From an uncultured Gemmatimonadaceae bacterium (GTDB taxonomy: Bacteria; Gemmatimonadota; Gemmatimonadetes; Longimicrobiales; RSA9): DNA of 64,000 nucleotides. Position numbers and translations under genes: made by a program. Of this stretch, positions 42,313-52,184 are shown in pieces (the first letter of the stretch is position 1; the number at the start of each line of letters is the position of its first letter). Location of the stretch: the NCBI GenBank assembly GCA_964430275.1, contig CAYSGF010000027.1, positions 8,133 to 72,132 on the forward strand, read 5' to 3'. The notes below the pieces were generated by a model, which saw only the letters and a program-made list of their open reading frames with translations, was not told where the DNA came from and searched no databases.

Positions 42313-42580
42313 CCGGAACAACATCTCATCACAGTGCCCGCTGAGCGCGCAGAGGGCTTACCGCGTAGGACGCAGGTGCGGTCCACGGCGAAGCCCGACG
42401 ATCGCCGTTATCATCCATGTACGTCTTTGATCAACACACGGCCGCCGAACGTTCGGTGCGCGACGTCGTCTGGCAGGCCGCGAACCAACGAACAGAAAGG
42501 GCCTGCTCCACCAGGCATCGGCGTCCTCCGCCACGAACCCTCCGTGCGCTCTGTGGGCTCTGTGGTAGAGCTGTTCCGGC
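42313..42580. repeat. MITE-like element, copy 2 (about 268 bp)
   Basis: Left arm CCGGAACAACATCTCATCACAGTGCCCGCTGAGCGCGCAGAGGG is the inverted match of the right arm ...CCCTCCGTGCGCTCTGTGGGCTCTGTGGTAGAGCTGTTCCGG. Same orientation and core as copy 1. Confidence 0.8.
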
Positions 42581-42643
42581 ACGCCGATGACACCAGCGAC
42601 TCGACTCCGCCAAGGACGAGATTGCAGCGCACCATTCCCCAAT

Positions 42644-44767
42644 TCACCAATTCGCAAGATGCCGCTCGAGAAAGTCTGCCGTCGCCTCGTTCACCCGCAC
42701 CCAGTTCGCGTGGCGCAGGAAGTGATGCGTATCGTCGGGGATGATGAGCGTCTCGAAATGTACGTCGGTGTCCTCGAGCCGCCGGGCGAGGTCGACGGTT
42801 TCGGAGAAGCGGACATTACGGTCGTCGTCGCCGTGGATGAGCAGCACCGGCGAGCGCCAGCTGTCGATGTAGGCGATCGGCGACGACGTCCACCCGATCT
42901 CGGCCGCGCGTTCGCGGTCCGTCGGCTCGTAGCGCTCGGCCGGCCCGACGAAGCGATCCGCGTAGTTGTGCACGCCGTGGATGTCGACGCCGGCGGCGAC
43001 CAGGTCGGACTCGCGCGCGAGTGCCATCGCGGTCAGGTACCCGCCATAGGACCCGCCCCACACGCCGATCCGCTCGTCATCGACCTGCGCCAGCGATTGC
43101 AGGTACTCGCCCGCTGCGACGATGTCGCGGTACTCCGATGCCCCGCGCGAGCCGGCACTGTCCGGGAAATGGAAGTCGTAGCCGTAGCCGATGCCGAGCC
43201 GGTAGTTCACCGACAGCGCCACGAAGCCGCGACTCGCGAAGTACTGCTGCGCTGCGTAGGCGTTCGCGTAGTAGTCGGAGTAATGCCAGCCGGCGAGCAT
43301 CTGCCGCGGCGGCCCGCCATGGATGAAGATGACGGCCGGCCTGGGACCGTCCGAGCCGCCGCGCTCGAAGACCTGGCCGTAAACGGTGACGCCGTCGCTC
43401 GCCTCGAACGTCACGCTCCTCGGAACGACGAGCTGCTGCGTCGGAAAGTCGGCGGGGATGCGATCCTGCGCGAGCCAGGTCACGTCGCCGCCCGACGCAG
43501 GCATGACGGCCGGAAGGGGCGGGCGCTGCGCCGTCGCACCGATGAACGCGATCGACGCACCGTCACCCGTGACGACGGGCCCCCATTCCAGCCCCGTCCC
43601 GGGCGTGAGCACCTCCGGCGCCGCGCGATCCACCGGAACCTTCACGACGTGCCGGCGGTCGACGTCGCCGGGGGTCGTCCCCGCGTTCGCCGCGAACACG
43701 AGGAAGCGGCCGTCGCGCGACAGCGAAATCTGCTCCGCCATGTACTCGCCGGGCGTGAGCAGCAGCGGCTCGCCGCCCTGCTCCGTGATCGAGTACAGGT
43801 GCGGCCACCCGTCCACATACGAGACGAACACGATGCGGTCGCCTGCCGCATAGTGCAGGTTCGTGCCCCCCTGGGTGGAAGGCGACGACCCGCGCAGCGT
43901 TTCCGGTGCGCGCCACAGCTCCCGTGCCTCGCCAGTCCGCGCGTCCGCGCTCCACACGGCCCAGCGCTGGTGCGTGCGCTCGAGGATCGGATCCGGCGGC
44001 CCGCCGCGTCCCGCCCGGCGCACGAACGCGATGCGCTCACTGTCCGGTGACCAGCGCGGCGATGCGTCGCGATCCGTGCTCGGCGCAATCCACAGGATCG
44101 GCGTCGTGCCGTCCTGGTAGACCCCGATGAATGCATGATCGCCGCGGCTCGAGACGAACGCGACGCGCGCGCCGTCGGGGGAGAAGCGGGCGTCGCCGTT
44201 CACGCCACGCGCGAAGAAGAGCTGCGTCGCGTCCGCGGAGCCGTCGATCGGTACCGACCAGATCTGTCGATTGCGCTCGAAGAGCACGACGTCACTCGCC
44301 GGGGAGATCACCGGACCGTCGCCGCCCTCCGCCAGCGCGCGTGCGGTTCCCCCCTCGAACGGCGCCGCCCACAGCTCGATCTTCGGGCGCATCGGCAGGG
44401 ACGCGGCGTTTACGCCGGCCAGGCCCCAGTTGTCCTCGTCCCAGTTCGCGTCGTCGCCGCCGCGCCGGAACACCACCCAGCGGCCGTCCGGCGAGAGCTG
44501 CACGCGTGAGAGCATCTGACCGTCGTCGCTATCGAACGACGTCAGCTTGCGCGCCTCCCAGTGCGGGCCTTCCGCGACGTAGATGTTGCGGCGGCCTTCC
44601 TCGTTGAATGCCCACGCGATTCGCTGACCCGTCGGCGCCGCCGCGAGCTCGTTCGGGAACGGGTAGCTCCTGACCTGCTCCATCGTGAAGGAGACGCTCT
44701 GGCCGGCGACCGGCAGCGCCATCGCCAGGCCGAGCACGAGCATGGAGAGCACGCGCGTCTTCGTCAT
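42644..44767 (-). CDS. S9 family peptidase (prolyl oligopeptidase/dipeptidyl-peptidase type with beta-propeller)
   Basis: Start moved to ATG 44767 (signal MTKTRVLSMLVLGLAMALPVAGQ). TolB-like propeller repeats. Catalytic GGSYGG and a C-terminal HGDDD...H triad region. Confidence 0.9.
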   Translation of the reverse strand: MTKTRVLSMLVLGLAMALPVAGQSVSFTMEQVRSYPFPNELAAAPTGQRIAWAFNEEGRRNIYVAEGPHWEARKLTSFDSDDGQMLSRVQLSPDGRWVVFRRGGDDANWDEDNWGLAGVNAASLPMRPKIELWAAPFEGGTARALAEGGDGPVISPASDVVLFERNRQIWSVPIDGSADATQLFFARGVNGDARFSPDGARVAFVSSRGDHAFIGVYQDGTTPILWIAPSTDRDASPRWSPDSERIAFVRRAGRGGPPDPILERTHQRWAVWSADARTGEARELWRAPETLRGSSPSTQGGTNLHYAAGDRIVFVSYVDGWPHLYSITEQGGEPLLLTPGEYMAEQISLSRDGRFLVFAANAGTTPGDVDRRHVVKVPVDRAAPEVLTPGTGLEWGPVVTGDGASIAFIGATAQRPPLPAVMPASGGDVTWLAQDRIPADFPTQQLVVPRSVTFEASDGVTVYGQVFERGGSDGPRPAVIFIHGGPPRQMLAGWHYSDYYANAYAAQQYFASRGFVALSVNYRLGIGYGYDFHFPDSAGSRGASEYRDIVAAGEYLQSLAQVDDERIGVWGGSYGGYLTAMALARESDLVAAGVDIHGVHNYADRFVGPAERYEPTDRERAAEIGWTSSPIAYIDSWRSPVLLIHGDDDRNVRFSETVDLARRLEDTDVHFETLIIPDDTHHFLRHANWVRVNEATADFLERHLANW

Positions 44768-44835
44768 CGCACACCTGCGTGAGGGGGACCTGCCGCGGAG
44801 ATTGCGACGACGGAGCGAACCCCGCAAGCACAACC

Positions 44836-45845
44836 GGACCATGATTGATCTTTGCGCGTTGGCCGGTCTCGCCATTCCAGCGCCCCGGGAGGCCAGCCAG
44901 GTTCCGACCATGAGCCGCGTCATCCGCCATCAGCAGCCGGGGTGTGTATTTCACATCACGTCCCGAACCCAGGGCCACGAGCCATGGTTTACCGCTAATC
45001 TGCGCGGTCCGGTTGTCAGCATGATCGTGGACGGCGTAGCGTCAGCCGGCGCGGCACTCATCGCGTATGCCGTTATGCCCAACCATCTCCACATAATTCT
45101 GGCGCAGGGACATCAGACTCTCGGCTGGACGCTGCAGCCGATCCTTCGACGCATCGCGCTGCTCGTACAGCGCGCTCACGGCGTGACCGGGCATGTTTTC
45201 GAGCGACGGTTCCGCAGCAAACCCTGCCTGGATCAGGATTACGTCCGGACAGCGGTTCTTTATACGCACTTCAATCCTGTCAAGGCGGGAATCTGCTCGA
45301 GCATACACGACTACTCCTGGACGTCGCATCCGGCATACTGTTCGGAGGGAGAGGCGTTCCAGGGCATCATTCCGGATGACGCGCTCCGACTCTTCGCAGC
45401 CGACGGTCGATGCACCAGTCGTGACGAGCTGCGCAGAGATTATCTGGCGCACGTCGACGCCTGGCAGCGCGTGCTGCGCGTATCCAGCGCGCCCCCCTCG
45501 TTGCCACCTCCGAACGGCAGCTCATTCTTTGCCCAACGCTTCTGCACACAACTCGACCATCCCCACACGCTGGCAAGGATCGATCTGCGAGACCGTGCAC
45601 AGCGAATTCTGCAGTCGATCGCACGCGACTGCGACCTCGACCTGCTGCGCGGCTCGTACGTCGGTCGACATGCAGCCGAAATACGACGCCAACTGATCGC
45701 CGCCCTTCTCACGGCGGACTATCCGGGCAGCGCTATCGCACACTTCTTCAAGATCAGCCCTTCCGTCGTATCGCGGATCAGCACGCAGATGCGCTGGCAC
45801 CGGTCATAGATGAATAGGCCAAAACGCAAAGTTCAATCATGGTCC
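44836..45845 (+). mobile_element. RAYT unit: REP-associated tyrosine transposase gene flanked by inverted REPs
   Basis: Left REP GGACCATGATTGATCTTTGCGCGTTGGCC (44836-44864). Right REP GGCCAAAACGCAAAGTTCAATCATGGTCC (45817-45845) is its inverted near-copy. The interior is visibly lower in GC than its surroundings. Confidence 0.85.
44910..45809 (+). CDS. REP-associated tyrosine transposase (IS200/IS605 Y1 HUH family) with C-terminal DnaA-C-like HTH
   Basis: Start moved to ATG 44910. HUH motif MPNHLHIIL, FERRFRSK, and catalytic-Tyr region YTHFNPVKAG. The C-terminal ~70 aa resemble the DnaA domain IV HTH. Confidence 0.85.
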   Translation: MSRVIRHQQPGCVFHITSRTQGHEPWFTANLRGPVVSMIVDGVASAGAALIAYAVMPNHLHIILAQGHQTLGWTLQPILRRIALLVQRAHGVTGHVFERRFRSKPCLDQDYVRTAVLYTHFNPVKAGICSSIHDYSWTSHPAYCSEGEAFQGIIPDDALRLFAADGRCTSRDELRRDYLAHVDAWQRVLRVSSAPPSLPPPNGSSFFAQRFCTQLDHPHTLARIDLRDRAQRILQSIARDCDLDLLRGSYVGRHAAEIRRQLIAALLTADYPGSAIAHFFKISPSVVSRISTQMRWHRS

Positions 45846-45901
45846 GGGTCCGCAACTTGCCCAGATCAGGCCGGGCCCACAAACGCCAGTCAGGAGCACG
45901 C

Positions 45902-46654
45902 ATGTACCTGCAGGACCGCACTGCAATCGTTACGGGCGCAGCATCCGGTATCGGCCGCGCAATTGCCCTCGCCTATGCACGGGAAGGGGCGCACGTCATC
46001 GTCTCCGATATCGATGAGAAGGGCGGCCAGGAGACCGTCCGCCTGATCGACCAGGCGACGCCCGGCTCGAAGTCCCTGTTCGCCCGCGCCGACGCTGCCA
46101 GCCCCGAGGATCACGAGCGCCTGGTGCAGACCGCGCTCGACCAGTTCGGCGCACTGCACATTGCGTGTAACAACGCAGGCATCGGCGGTGAGCTGAAGCC
46201 GGTCGGTGAGCTCAGCATCGATGGCTGGCGTAAGGTCATCGAGATCAATCTGTCCGGTGTGTTCTACGCCATGCGCGCACAGATTCCGCGCATGCTCGAC
46301 GCAGGCGGCGGTGTGATCGTGAACATGGCATCGGTGCTCGGACAGGTGGGATCGGCGACGGCATCCGGCTACGCCGCTGCGAAGCACGGAGTGGTGGGCC
46401 TCACGCAGACCGCTGCAATCGAGTACGCCGCGCAGGGTATCCGCATCAACACGGTCGGTCCGGGTTATATCGACACGCCCCTGCTCGAATCACTCCCGAC
46501 GGACGCGCGCAATGCGCTGGTCGAGCTCCACCCGATCGGCCGGCTCGGCACTGCCGAGGAGGTCGCCGAGCTCGTCCTGTGGCTGAGCAGTGATGCGGCG
46601 AGCTTCGTGACCGGGGCCTACTATCGCGTCGATGGCGGCTACCTCGCGCGGTAG
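45902..46654 (+). CDS. SDR family oxidoreductase
   Basis: AGGAG at 45891-45895. TGAASGIGRA cofactor motif, NNAG, and catalytic YxxxK (YAAAKHG). Confidence 0.9.
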   Translation: MYLQDRTAIVTGAASGIGRAIALAYAREGAHVIVSDIDEKGGQETVRLIDQATPGSKSLFARADAASPEDHERLVQTALDQFGALHIACNNAGIGGELKPVGELSIDGWRKVIEINLSGVFYAMRAQIPRMLDAGGGVIVNMASVLGQVGSATASGYAAAKHGVVGLTQTAAIEYAAQGIRINTVGPGYIDTPLLESLPTDARNALVELHPIGRLGTAEEVAELVLWLSSDAASFVTGAYYRVDGGYLAR

Positions 46655-46683
46655 CCGAGCGGCGCGCGCCGTATCGAACTCTG

Positions 46684-47118
46684 CTACATCGCGCGCTGGC
46701 CGGCGACGTAGTCGCGCAGCACGCCGGTCTCGACTTCCAGCTCTTCCAGCCGCCGCTTCACGATGTCGCCGACGGAGATGATGCCGCGCAGCTCCTCGCC
46801 GTCGACGACCACGAAATGGCGCAACCGCTCGCCGGTCATGCGTGCCATCAGATCGCGTACGTCGTCATTTGCATTGCACGTCGGTGCCCGGCGCATGATG
46901 CGGGCGACTTCGATACCGCGGACGTCGCCATGTTCGCGCCCCAGCGTTTCCACCACATCACGCTCGGCAATGATGCCCAGGAGCCGGCCGCCCTTCATGA
47001 CGGGCAGTGCACCGACATTGTGATCGAGCATCATCCGGATCGCTCCGGCAACGCGGGTGTCCGGCTCGACGGTCACGACCCGCGCGGGCCGCTGGCCCAA
47101 CAGTTCTCCGACACGCAT
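46684..47118 (-). CDS. CBS domain pair protein
   Basis: Start moved to ATG 47118. Two CBS units (VGALPVMKGGRLLGIIAERDV and HFVVVDGEELRGIISVGDI). Confidence 0.85.
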   Translation of the reverse strand: MRVGELLGQRPARVVTVEPDTRVAGAIRMMLDHNVGALPVMKGGRLLGIIAERDVVETLGREHGDVRGIEVARIMRRAPTCNANDDVRDLMARMTGERLRHFVVVDGEELRGIISVGDIVKRRLEELEVETGVLRDYVAGQRAM

Positions 47119-47201
47119 CTGATCACCTCCATCGTCGTGCAGGGGTCGCACGGGAGGGACGCAATCCACATACCCGGCGTCGGCTGCGGAACGGCCTGCG
47201 C

Positions 47202-47867
47202 TCAGTCGCTCGACGCATTCCGGACGTCATCGACCATCGCCTGCACTCGCGCGATCTCGTCCGCGTTCACGCTGTGCCCCATGCCCGGATACAGCCGCGA
47301 TGCGACGCTGGCACCCAGCCGCTCCAGCACGCGTGCACTCGACGCCACCCGTTCCACCGGAATGTGCGGATCGGGATCGGAGCTGCCGATGAACACCGGC
47401 GTGCCCGCGAGCGAACCGGCGTAGTCGCGCGGTGTGTCATCGGGCCCGATGAGCCCGCCGGTCAGCGCGACGACACCGCCGTAGCGCCGGGCGTTGCGCG
47501 CCGCGAACTCGAGCGTCAGACATGCCCCCTGGGAGAAGCCGAGCAGGACCAGGCGCTCCGGCGGGATCCCACCGGCCGTGACCCGCTCGACCACCGTGCC
47601 GAGCAGCGCGAGCGCGGAGCTCAGGTACGGCTCGTTCTGCGCGATCGGCGCGAGAAAGCTGTAGGGATACCACGTATGGCCGGCCGCCTGCGGCGCGAGG
47701 TACGCGACGTCCGGGCTGTCGAGCTCGCCGGCCAGACCGAGGATGTCTTCCGCACTCGCTCCGCGGCCATGCACGAGAATCATTGCGACGTCCGCATCCG
47801 CCAGGGCGCGGCCAGCGCTGAGCACCGGCTGGCCGCTGTGTGGATCGTTGGAGTTCACTCGATGCAT
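47202..47867 (-). CDS. phospholipase/carboxylesterase-family alpha/beta hydrolase
   Basis: GFSQGA nucleophile elbow. Start set to ATG 47867, with AGGAG 6 nt upstream. The track start at 47873 is a GTG. Confidence 0.8.
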   Translation of the reverse strand: MHRVNSNDPHSGQPVLSAGRALADADVAMILVHGRGASAEDILGLAGELDSPDVAYLAPQAAGHTWYPYSFLAPIAQNEPYLSSALALLGTVVERVTAGGIPPERLVLLGFSQGACLTLEFAARNARRYGGVVALTGGLIGPDDTPRDYAGSLAGTPVFIGSSDPDPHIPVERVASSARVLERLGASVASRLYPGMGHSVNADEIARVQAMVDDVRNASSD

Positions 47868-47883
47868 CTGCACTCCTGGAAGC

Positions 47884-47919
47884 GAAAACGGGCCCGACAG
47901 CGATCTGCTGCCGGGCCCG
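47884..47919 (-). terminator. rho-independent terminator after susD-like gene
   Basis: CGGGCCCG (47889-47896) pairs with CGGGCCCG (47912-47919), with a 15-nt loop. On the minus strand it is followed by GTTTTCGCTT. Confidence 0.6.
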
Positions 47920-47938
47920 CTCGGTACTTTACCTCACG

Positions 47939-49261
47939 TCAGGCGGGGCACAGCCACACCTGGCCGGTCGGCGCGTTCGGGTTGAGGTTGCACTCGCTCG
48001 TGGGAATCGGCAGCCATGGATACTTCAACGGCTCGCCGAATCGACGCTGATCCTCGTAGTGCAGGCCCAACAGGTACAGCTCGTAGCGGCGCTGCCGGAA
48101 GATCTCGTCCAGCACTTCCTCCTGCGTGGAGTGCGTGACGATCGTGATCTCGTCGAGGCACGGCATCGGCTCCTCGGGATCATCACCCGCCGCGCACTGC
48201 GTGCGGACCTCGTTGATCAGGTCGATCGCCTCAGGCAGCTGATTGTTGCGCGCGAAGATCTCCGCCTGGATCAGCCGGATCTCGTCGTACGTGTACGCCG
48301 GAATCGGCGGATTCGCCGATGGCCCGTAACTCGCCAGCGAGTCCATCGGAGCCACGGCCCCTGGCACATCGTCCGCGACGACCCAGAAATCGACCCGCTC
48401 GTCACCTGCTTCGGCTTCGAGACGGAACGTCTGCTCGGGCCTCATCTGATACGCGTTCTGCGATCGGTACATGATGTTGAAGATCGGATTGCCATCGGAG
48501 CTGGAGAATCGGAACTCGGATGTTGCGGTCGGATCCACGCGCTGCGCCCCGGCCGCCGCCTGTGCCAGATCGCCTGCCGACAGCGCGTAGCGGGCAATCA
48601 TCGCCTCGATCGTGTTCTCCAGGTCGAACCCGTCGGCAACTACATCCGCATTGAACTCGTCGGATGCCGGCGTGGCGGCCAGCTCCTGGCGCGCCTCGTT
48701 CAGCAGACGCAGTGCTTCCTCGAGCGCAGCCTGCCGGCTCACGAACGCAGCTTCCGGGTTGTCCAGCCCGGTCGAGATCGGCAGCTGCTCGTAAAGGTAG
48801 GCGAGGTTCCCGATCGCCATGGCCTTGTAGAGCTTCGCCAGCGCCGAGAGACCCGACGCCGTACCCGGCACGAAGTCGACGTTCGGAATCGCCGCAAGCA
48901 GCTCGTTCGCGAGCGTGACTACCCGGTACATCCCGATCCAGGGATCGTTCGCGATGCCAGTCGTGGGCAGATCCAGCACGTTGCCGGCATCCGCATTCTG
49001 GTAGTTCGCAAACGACGCCGAACCCGCGCCGATCTCGTCCGATACCAGACCCACGCTGGTGATGTACCAGCCGAGCTGATTGCTGTACTCGGCCTGCAGG
49101 CCGACGCCCAGCGATTTCACACCCGCCGGATTGTTGAGTGTCACCTCCGCAGACGGAAAGTTCGGATCGACCAGGTCCAGGTTGCACGCGGTCGTGGACC
49201 CGGCCAGGGCAATTGTCAGTGCGAGCGTTGCGCGTCGCATCTTCATGATTGGCATCCTCAT
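47939..49261 (-). CDS. RagB/SusD family nutrient-binding outer-membrane lipoprotein
   Basis: Lipobox GSTTAC. SusD-like helical body. It lies directly downstream of the SusC-like gene. The start may be a later Met (49246), which has GAGGA upstream. Confidence 0.85.
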   Translation of the reverse strand: MRMPIMKMRRATLALTIALAGSTTACNLDLVDPNFPSAEVTLNNPAGVKSLGVGLQAEYSNQLGWYITSVGLVSDEIGAGSASFANYQNADAGNVLDLPTTGIANDPWIGMYRVVTLANELLAAIPNVDFVPGTASGLSALAKLYKAMAIGNLAYLYEQLPISTGLDNPEAAFVSRQAALEEALRLLNEARQELAATPASDEFNADVVADGFDLENTIEAMIARYALSAGDLAQAAAGAQRVDPTATSEFRFSSSDGNPIFNIMYRSQNAYQMRPEQTFRLEAEAGDERVDFWVVADDVPGAVAPMDSLASYGPSANPPIPAYTYDEIRLIQAEIFARNNQLPEAIDLINEVRTQCAAGDDPEEPMPCLDEITIVTHSTQEEVLDEIFRQRRYELYLLGLHYEDQRRFGEPLKYPWLPIPTSECNLNPNAPTGQVWLCPA

Positions 49262-49262
49262 G

Positions 49263-52184
49263 TCAGTAGCTCATCCGCACGCCGAAGGTGAACTGGCGCG
49301 GAATCGGATAGACGGCGAAGTCAGTCCCCCGCTCGACGGTGTTCGTGCCGAACATGTTGATCTCGGGATCGTAGCCCGTGTAGTCGGTCCACGTGTACAG
49401 GTTCCGGCCGCCGACTTCCACCTGCGCAGTGCTGACCCCGAGGCCACTCACCATGTCGGAGATGTCGTAGGTGACATTCAGCTGACGGAGCTTCACGTAC
49501 GAGGCATCCTCGACGTACGGCTCGAACATGCCCTGGATACGCGTCTTCGTGTCATTCGAGATGTCGCCGCGGTCACGGGCCTCGGCGAGCGGGCCCGCCT
49601 GGAAGAGGTCCATGATGCGGACCGTCTGATTCCACATATCGTGACCGAACATGCCGTCGAGCAGGAAGTTCACGCGCAAATTGCGTCCAATCCGGAAGTC
49701 GTTCAGCAGGGAGCCCTGCCAGTCCGGGTTCGGATCACCGATGTACAGCGACGTCGGTGCGCGGACCGGCCCGATTTCATCGGTCACGATTCGGCCATTG
49801 TCGTCACGCAGGTAGCCGGAGTTGAAGAAGACACCCAGGGGCTTGCCTTCCGCCACTCGATTCAGGTACCCCACCGTGAAGTCGCCACCCGCAAGCGTCA
49901 CGACTTCATTGCGGTTGCGCGAGTAGTTCGCGGTCGCGTTCCAGCCGAAGCTCTCCCCGTCCATGATGACGCCGGTGAGCTGCAGCTCCAGCCCCTTGTT
50001 CGTCATCTCGCCGACATTGTCCAGGATCGACGTGTAGCCGGTGCTGGGTGCGAACACGCGCGACAGCAGCAGGTCCTCGATGAACTGGTCGTAGTACGTG
50101 AACGCGATTCCAACGCGATCATCGAGCACCGACGCGTCAAAACCAGCCTCCCATTCGCGCTGGCGTTCCGGCTTCAGGTTCAGATTGCCGGGATTGCCGA
50201 GGTGCGTGAGCCCCGTGCGATCGATGTTGATCGTGTTCTGGTAGCGGGGGAATCGCGCATATGCCGACCCGGTTGGCGGCTGGTTGCCCGCGTAGCCGAG
50301 TGCGCCGCGAACCCGGAAGTTCGTGAACAGGTTGCCCAGCCCGCCATCAGCGAAGAAGGACTCCTCGGAGACCACCCAGGAGCCGCTCAGCTTCGGATAC
50401 AGCTGCCAGCGCTCGTCGTCACCGAACGTGGACGACGCGTCCCAGCGAAGCGCACCCGTCAGGAAAAGGCGGTCGTTGAACGCGACCTGCTGCTGTCCGA
50501 AGAACCCGAGTGTGGCTGTCTCGAATCGACTCTGCGACACGAACTGGTTCGCACCGCGCGCCAGATCCACGAACAGCGGAAGGTCCGTGACGACCGCACT
50601 CACGTTCTCTTCGTGCGTGTACGTGTGATTCATCCCTGCGGTCGTCGTCAGGCCGATGCTCTCGCCGGCACCGAACCGATAATTGGCTATCAGGTCGTTG
50701 TTGACGAGATACTGGTTGCGCGCCACATCGTTCGACTCGCCCAGCGGCTGTGCGGGCGTACCGCGCGGTATGTAGAGCCGCGTCTGCATGTCGTATGTGT
50801 CGTAGCCGAACCGGTAGTCGAGACTGAGATTCGTGATCGGCGTCGCCCGCGCCTGGAACGAGCCCACGAAGCGGCTCACGTTCTGTGGCGTCAGCCAGTT
50901 CTCCACCACCTCGAGCGGATTCGGGAACGTCGTTGCACGCACCACGAACTCGCCCGTGACCGGGTCGCGCTCGGAAAAGTCAACCGTCGTCGGCGTGAAC
51001 ACGATCGCCGTCAGCAGACCGCCGCGCCCCTGCTCGCCGTTGATGACCAGGTCGCTCTCGGAGCGGATGTAGTTCGCACCACCCGATAGCGTCAGCCAGT
51101 CGCCCAGCCCCTGCTCCAGGTTCAGCCGCACACTCTTCCGCTCATTGTTCGAGCCGATCATGATCCCGTTGTCGACGGTGTAGCCGCCGGACAGGAAGTA
51201 GCGCGTCTGATCCGCACCGCCCGAAACAGACACGTACGTGTCGCTGCCCCAGCTGTCGTCGAAGATCAGGTCCTCGTGATTGAACCGCTCGACCGGCGTG
51301 CCCGTAGCGTCCGTCGGCGCCATGTTCCATGGCAGCTCGCTCGCGAGCTGGCCCAGTGTCGCGCGCGTCTCGACCGTGATCACCGGACGGCCGGCCGCCC
51401 CGCGCTTCGTGAAGATCTGAACCACGCCATTGTTCGCACGCGAGCCGTACAGCGCCGCAGCTGCCGCGCCCTTCAGCACTTCGATGCGTTCGATATCGTT
51501 GGGGTTCAGATCGGAGAGGCGGTTCGAAGGATTCGAGCGGTAACCGAAATTGATCTGCTGGTCCGATCCATTATCGACAATCACGCCGTCGATAATGTAG
51601 AGCGGCTCCGCGCCGCCCGTAATCGAGCTCGTGCCCCGAAGCCGAACCGACACACCGCCACCCGGTGTGCCGCTGTTCGTCATGACCTGCGCGCCGGCCA
51701 CCTTGCCCGAGAGCGCCGCGTCGATCGTCACCGCGTTCGACCGGGTAAGCTCCGGACCGCCCACCACTGCGACGGAGTTTCCCAGCGCACGCCGCTGCGT
51801 CGGTGCACCCGTACCCGTCACGACGATGCCCTCCAGCGTCACCGCGGATTCGCGCAGCGCGATCTGCGGCACCTCTACCGTACGCTCCGTGCCAAGCGTC
51901 ACTTCCTGCGTCGCCTCGCCCCGCCCGATCAGCGAATAGCTCAGCGAATACGTACCCGCAGGCAGCCGCGCCTGAAGTGAAAATCGGCCCGACTGGTCCG
52001 TCAGCGTGCCGAATTGCGTGCCTGACACCGTGACCGCCACGGATGCCAGCGGCCGCTCCGTCGCCTGGTCGACGACGGTGCCGTTGATGATGTAGGCCTG
52101 GCTCGCCTGTCCTGCTGCTGGCGCGGCTACAGCCGCACTGAGCAGCACGAGCAGCGCGAAGCTCGTTGATCGCCCGGCAAACAT
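49263..52184 (-). CDS. SusC/RagA family TonB-linked outer-membrane transporter
   Basis: Start moved to ATG 52184 (GAGGTGG RBS). Signal peptide, CarboxypepD_reg domain (INGTVVDQATERPLASVAVTV), TonB plug (IDGVIVDN), and a C-terminal barrel ending in aromatic residues. Confidence 0.9.
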   Translation of the reverse strand: MFAGRSTSFALLVLLSAAVAAPAAGQASQAYIINGTVVDQATERPLASVAVTVSGTQFGTLTDQSGRFSLQARLPAGTYSLSYSLIGRGEATQEVTLGTERTVEVPQIALRESAVTLEGIVVTGTGAPTQRRALGNSVAVVGGPELTRSNAVTIDAALSGKVAGAQVMTNSGTPGGGVSVRLRGTSSITGGAEPLYIIDGVIVDNGSDQQINFGYRSNPSNRLSDLNPNDIERIEVLKGAAAAALYGSRANNGVVQIFTKRGAAGRPVITVETRATLGQLASELPWNMAPTDATGTPVERFNHEDLIFDDSWGSDTYVSVSGGADQTRYFLSGGYTVDNGIMIGSNNERKSVRLNLEQGLGDWLTLSGGANYIRSESDLVINGEQGRGGLLTAIVFTPTTVDFSERDPVTGEFVVRATTFPNPLEVVENWLTPQNVSRFVGSFQARATPITNLSLDYRFGYDTYDMQTRLYIPRGTPAQPLGESNDVARNQYLVNNDLIANYRFGAGESIGLTTTAGMNHTYTHEENVSAVVTDLPLFVDLARGANQFVSQSRFETATLGFFGQQQVAFNDRLFLTGALRWDASSTFGDDERWQLYPKLSGSWVVSEESFFADGGLGNLFTNFRVRGALGYAGNQPPTGSAYARFPRYQNTINIDRTGLTHLGNPGNLNLKPERQREWEAGFDASVLDDRVGIAFTYYDQFIEDLLLSRVFAPSTGYTSILDNVGEMTNKGLELQLTGVIMDGESFGWNATANYSRNRNEVVTLAGGDFTVGYLNRVAEGKPLGVFFNSGYLRDDNGRIVTDEIGPVRAPTSLYIGDPNPDWQGSLLNDFRIGRNLRVNFLLDGMFGHDMWNQTVRIMDLFQAGPLAEARDRGDISNDTKTRIQGMFEPYVEDASYVKLRQLNVTYDISDMVSGLGVSTAQVEVGGRNLYTWTDYTGYDPEINMFGTNTVERGTDFAVYPIPRQFTFGVRMSY

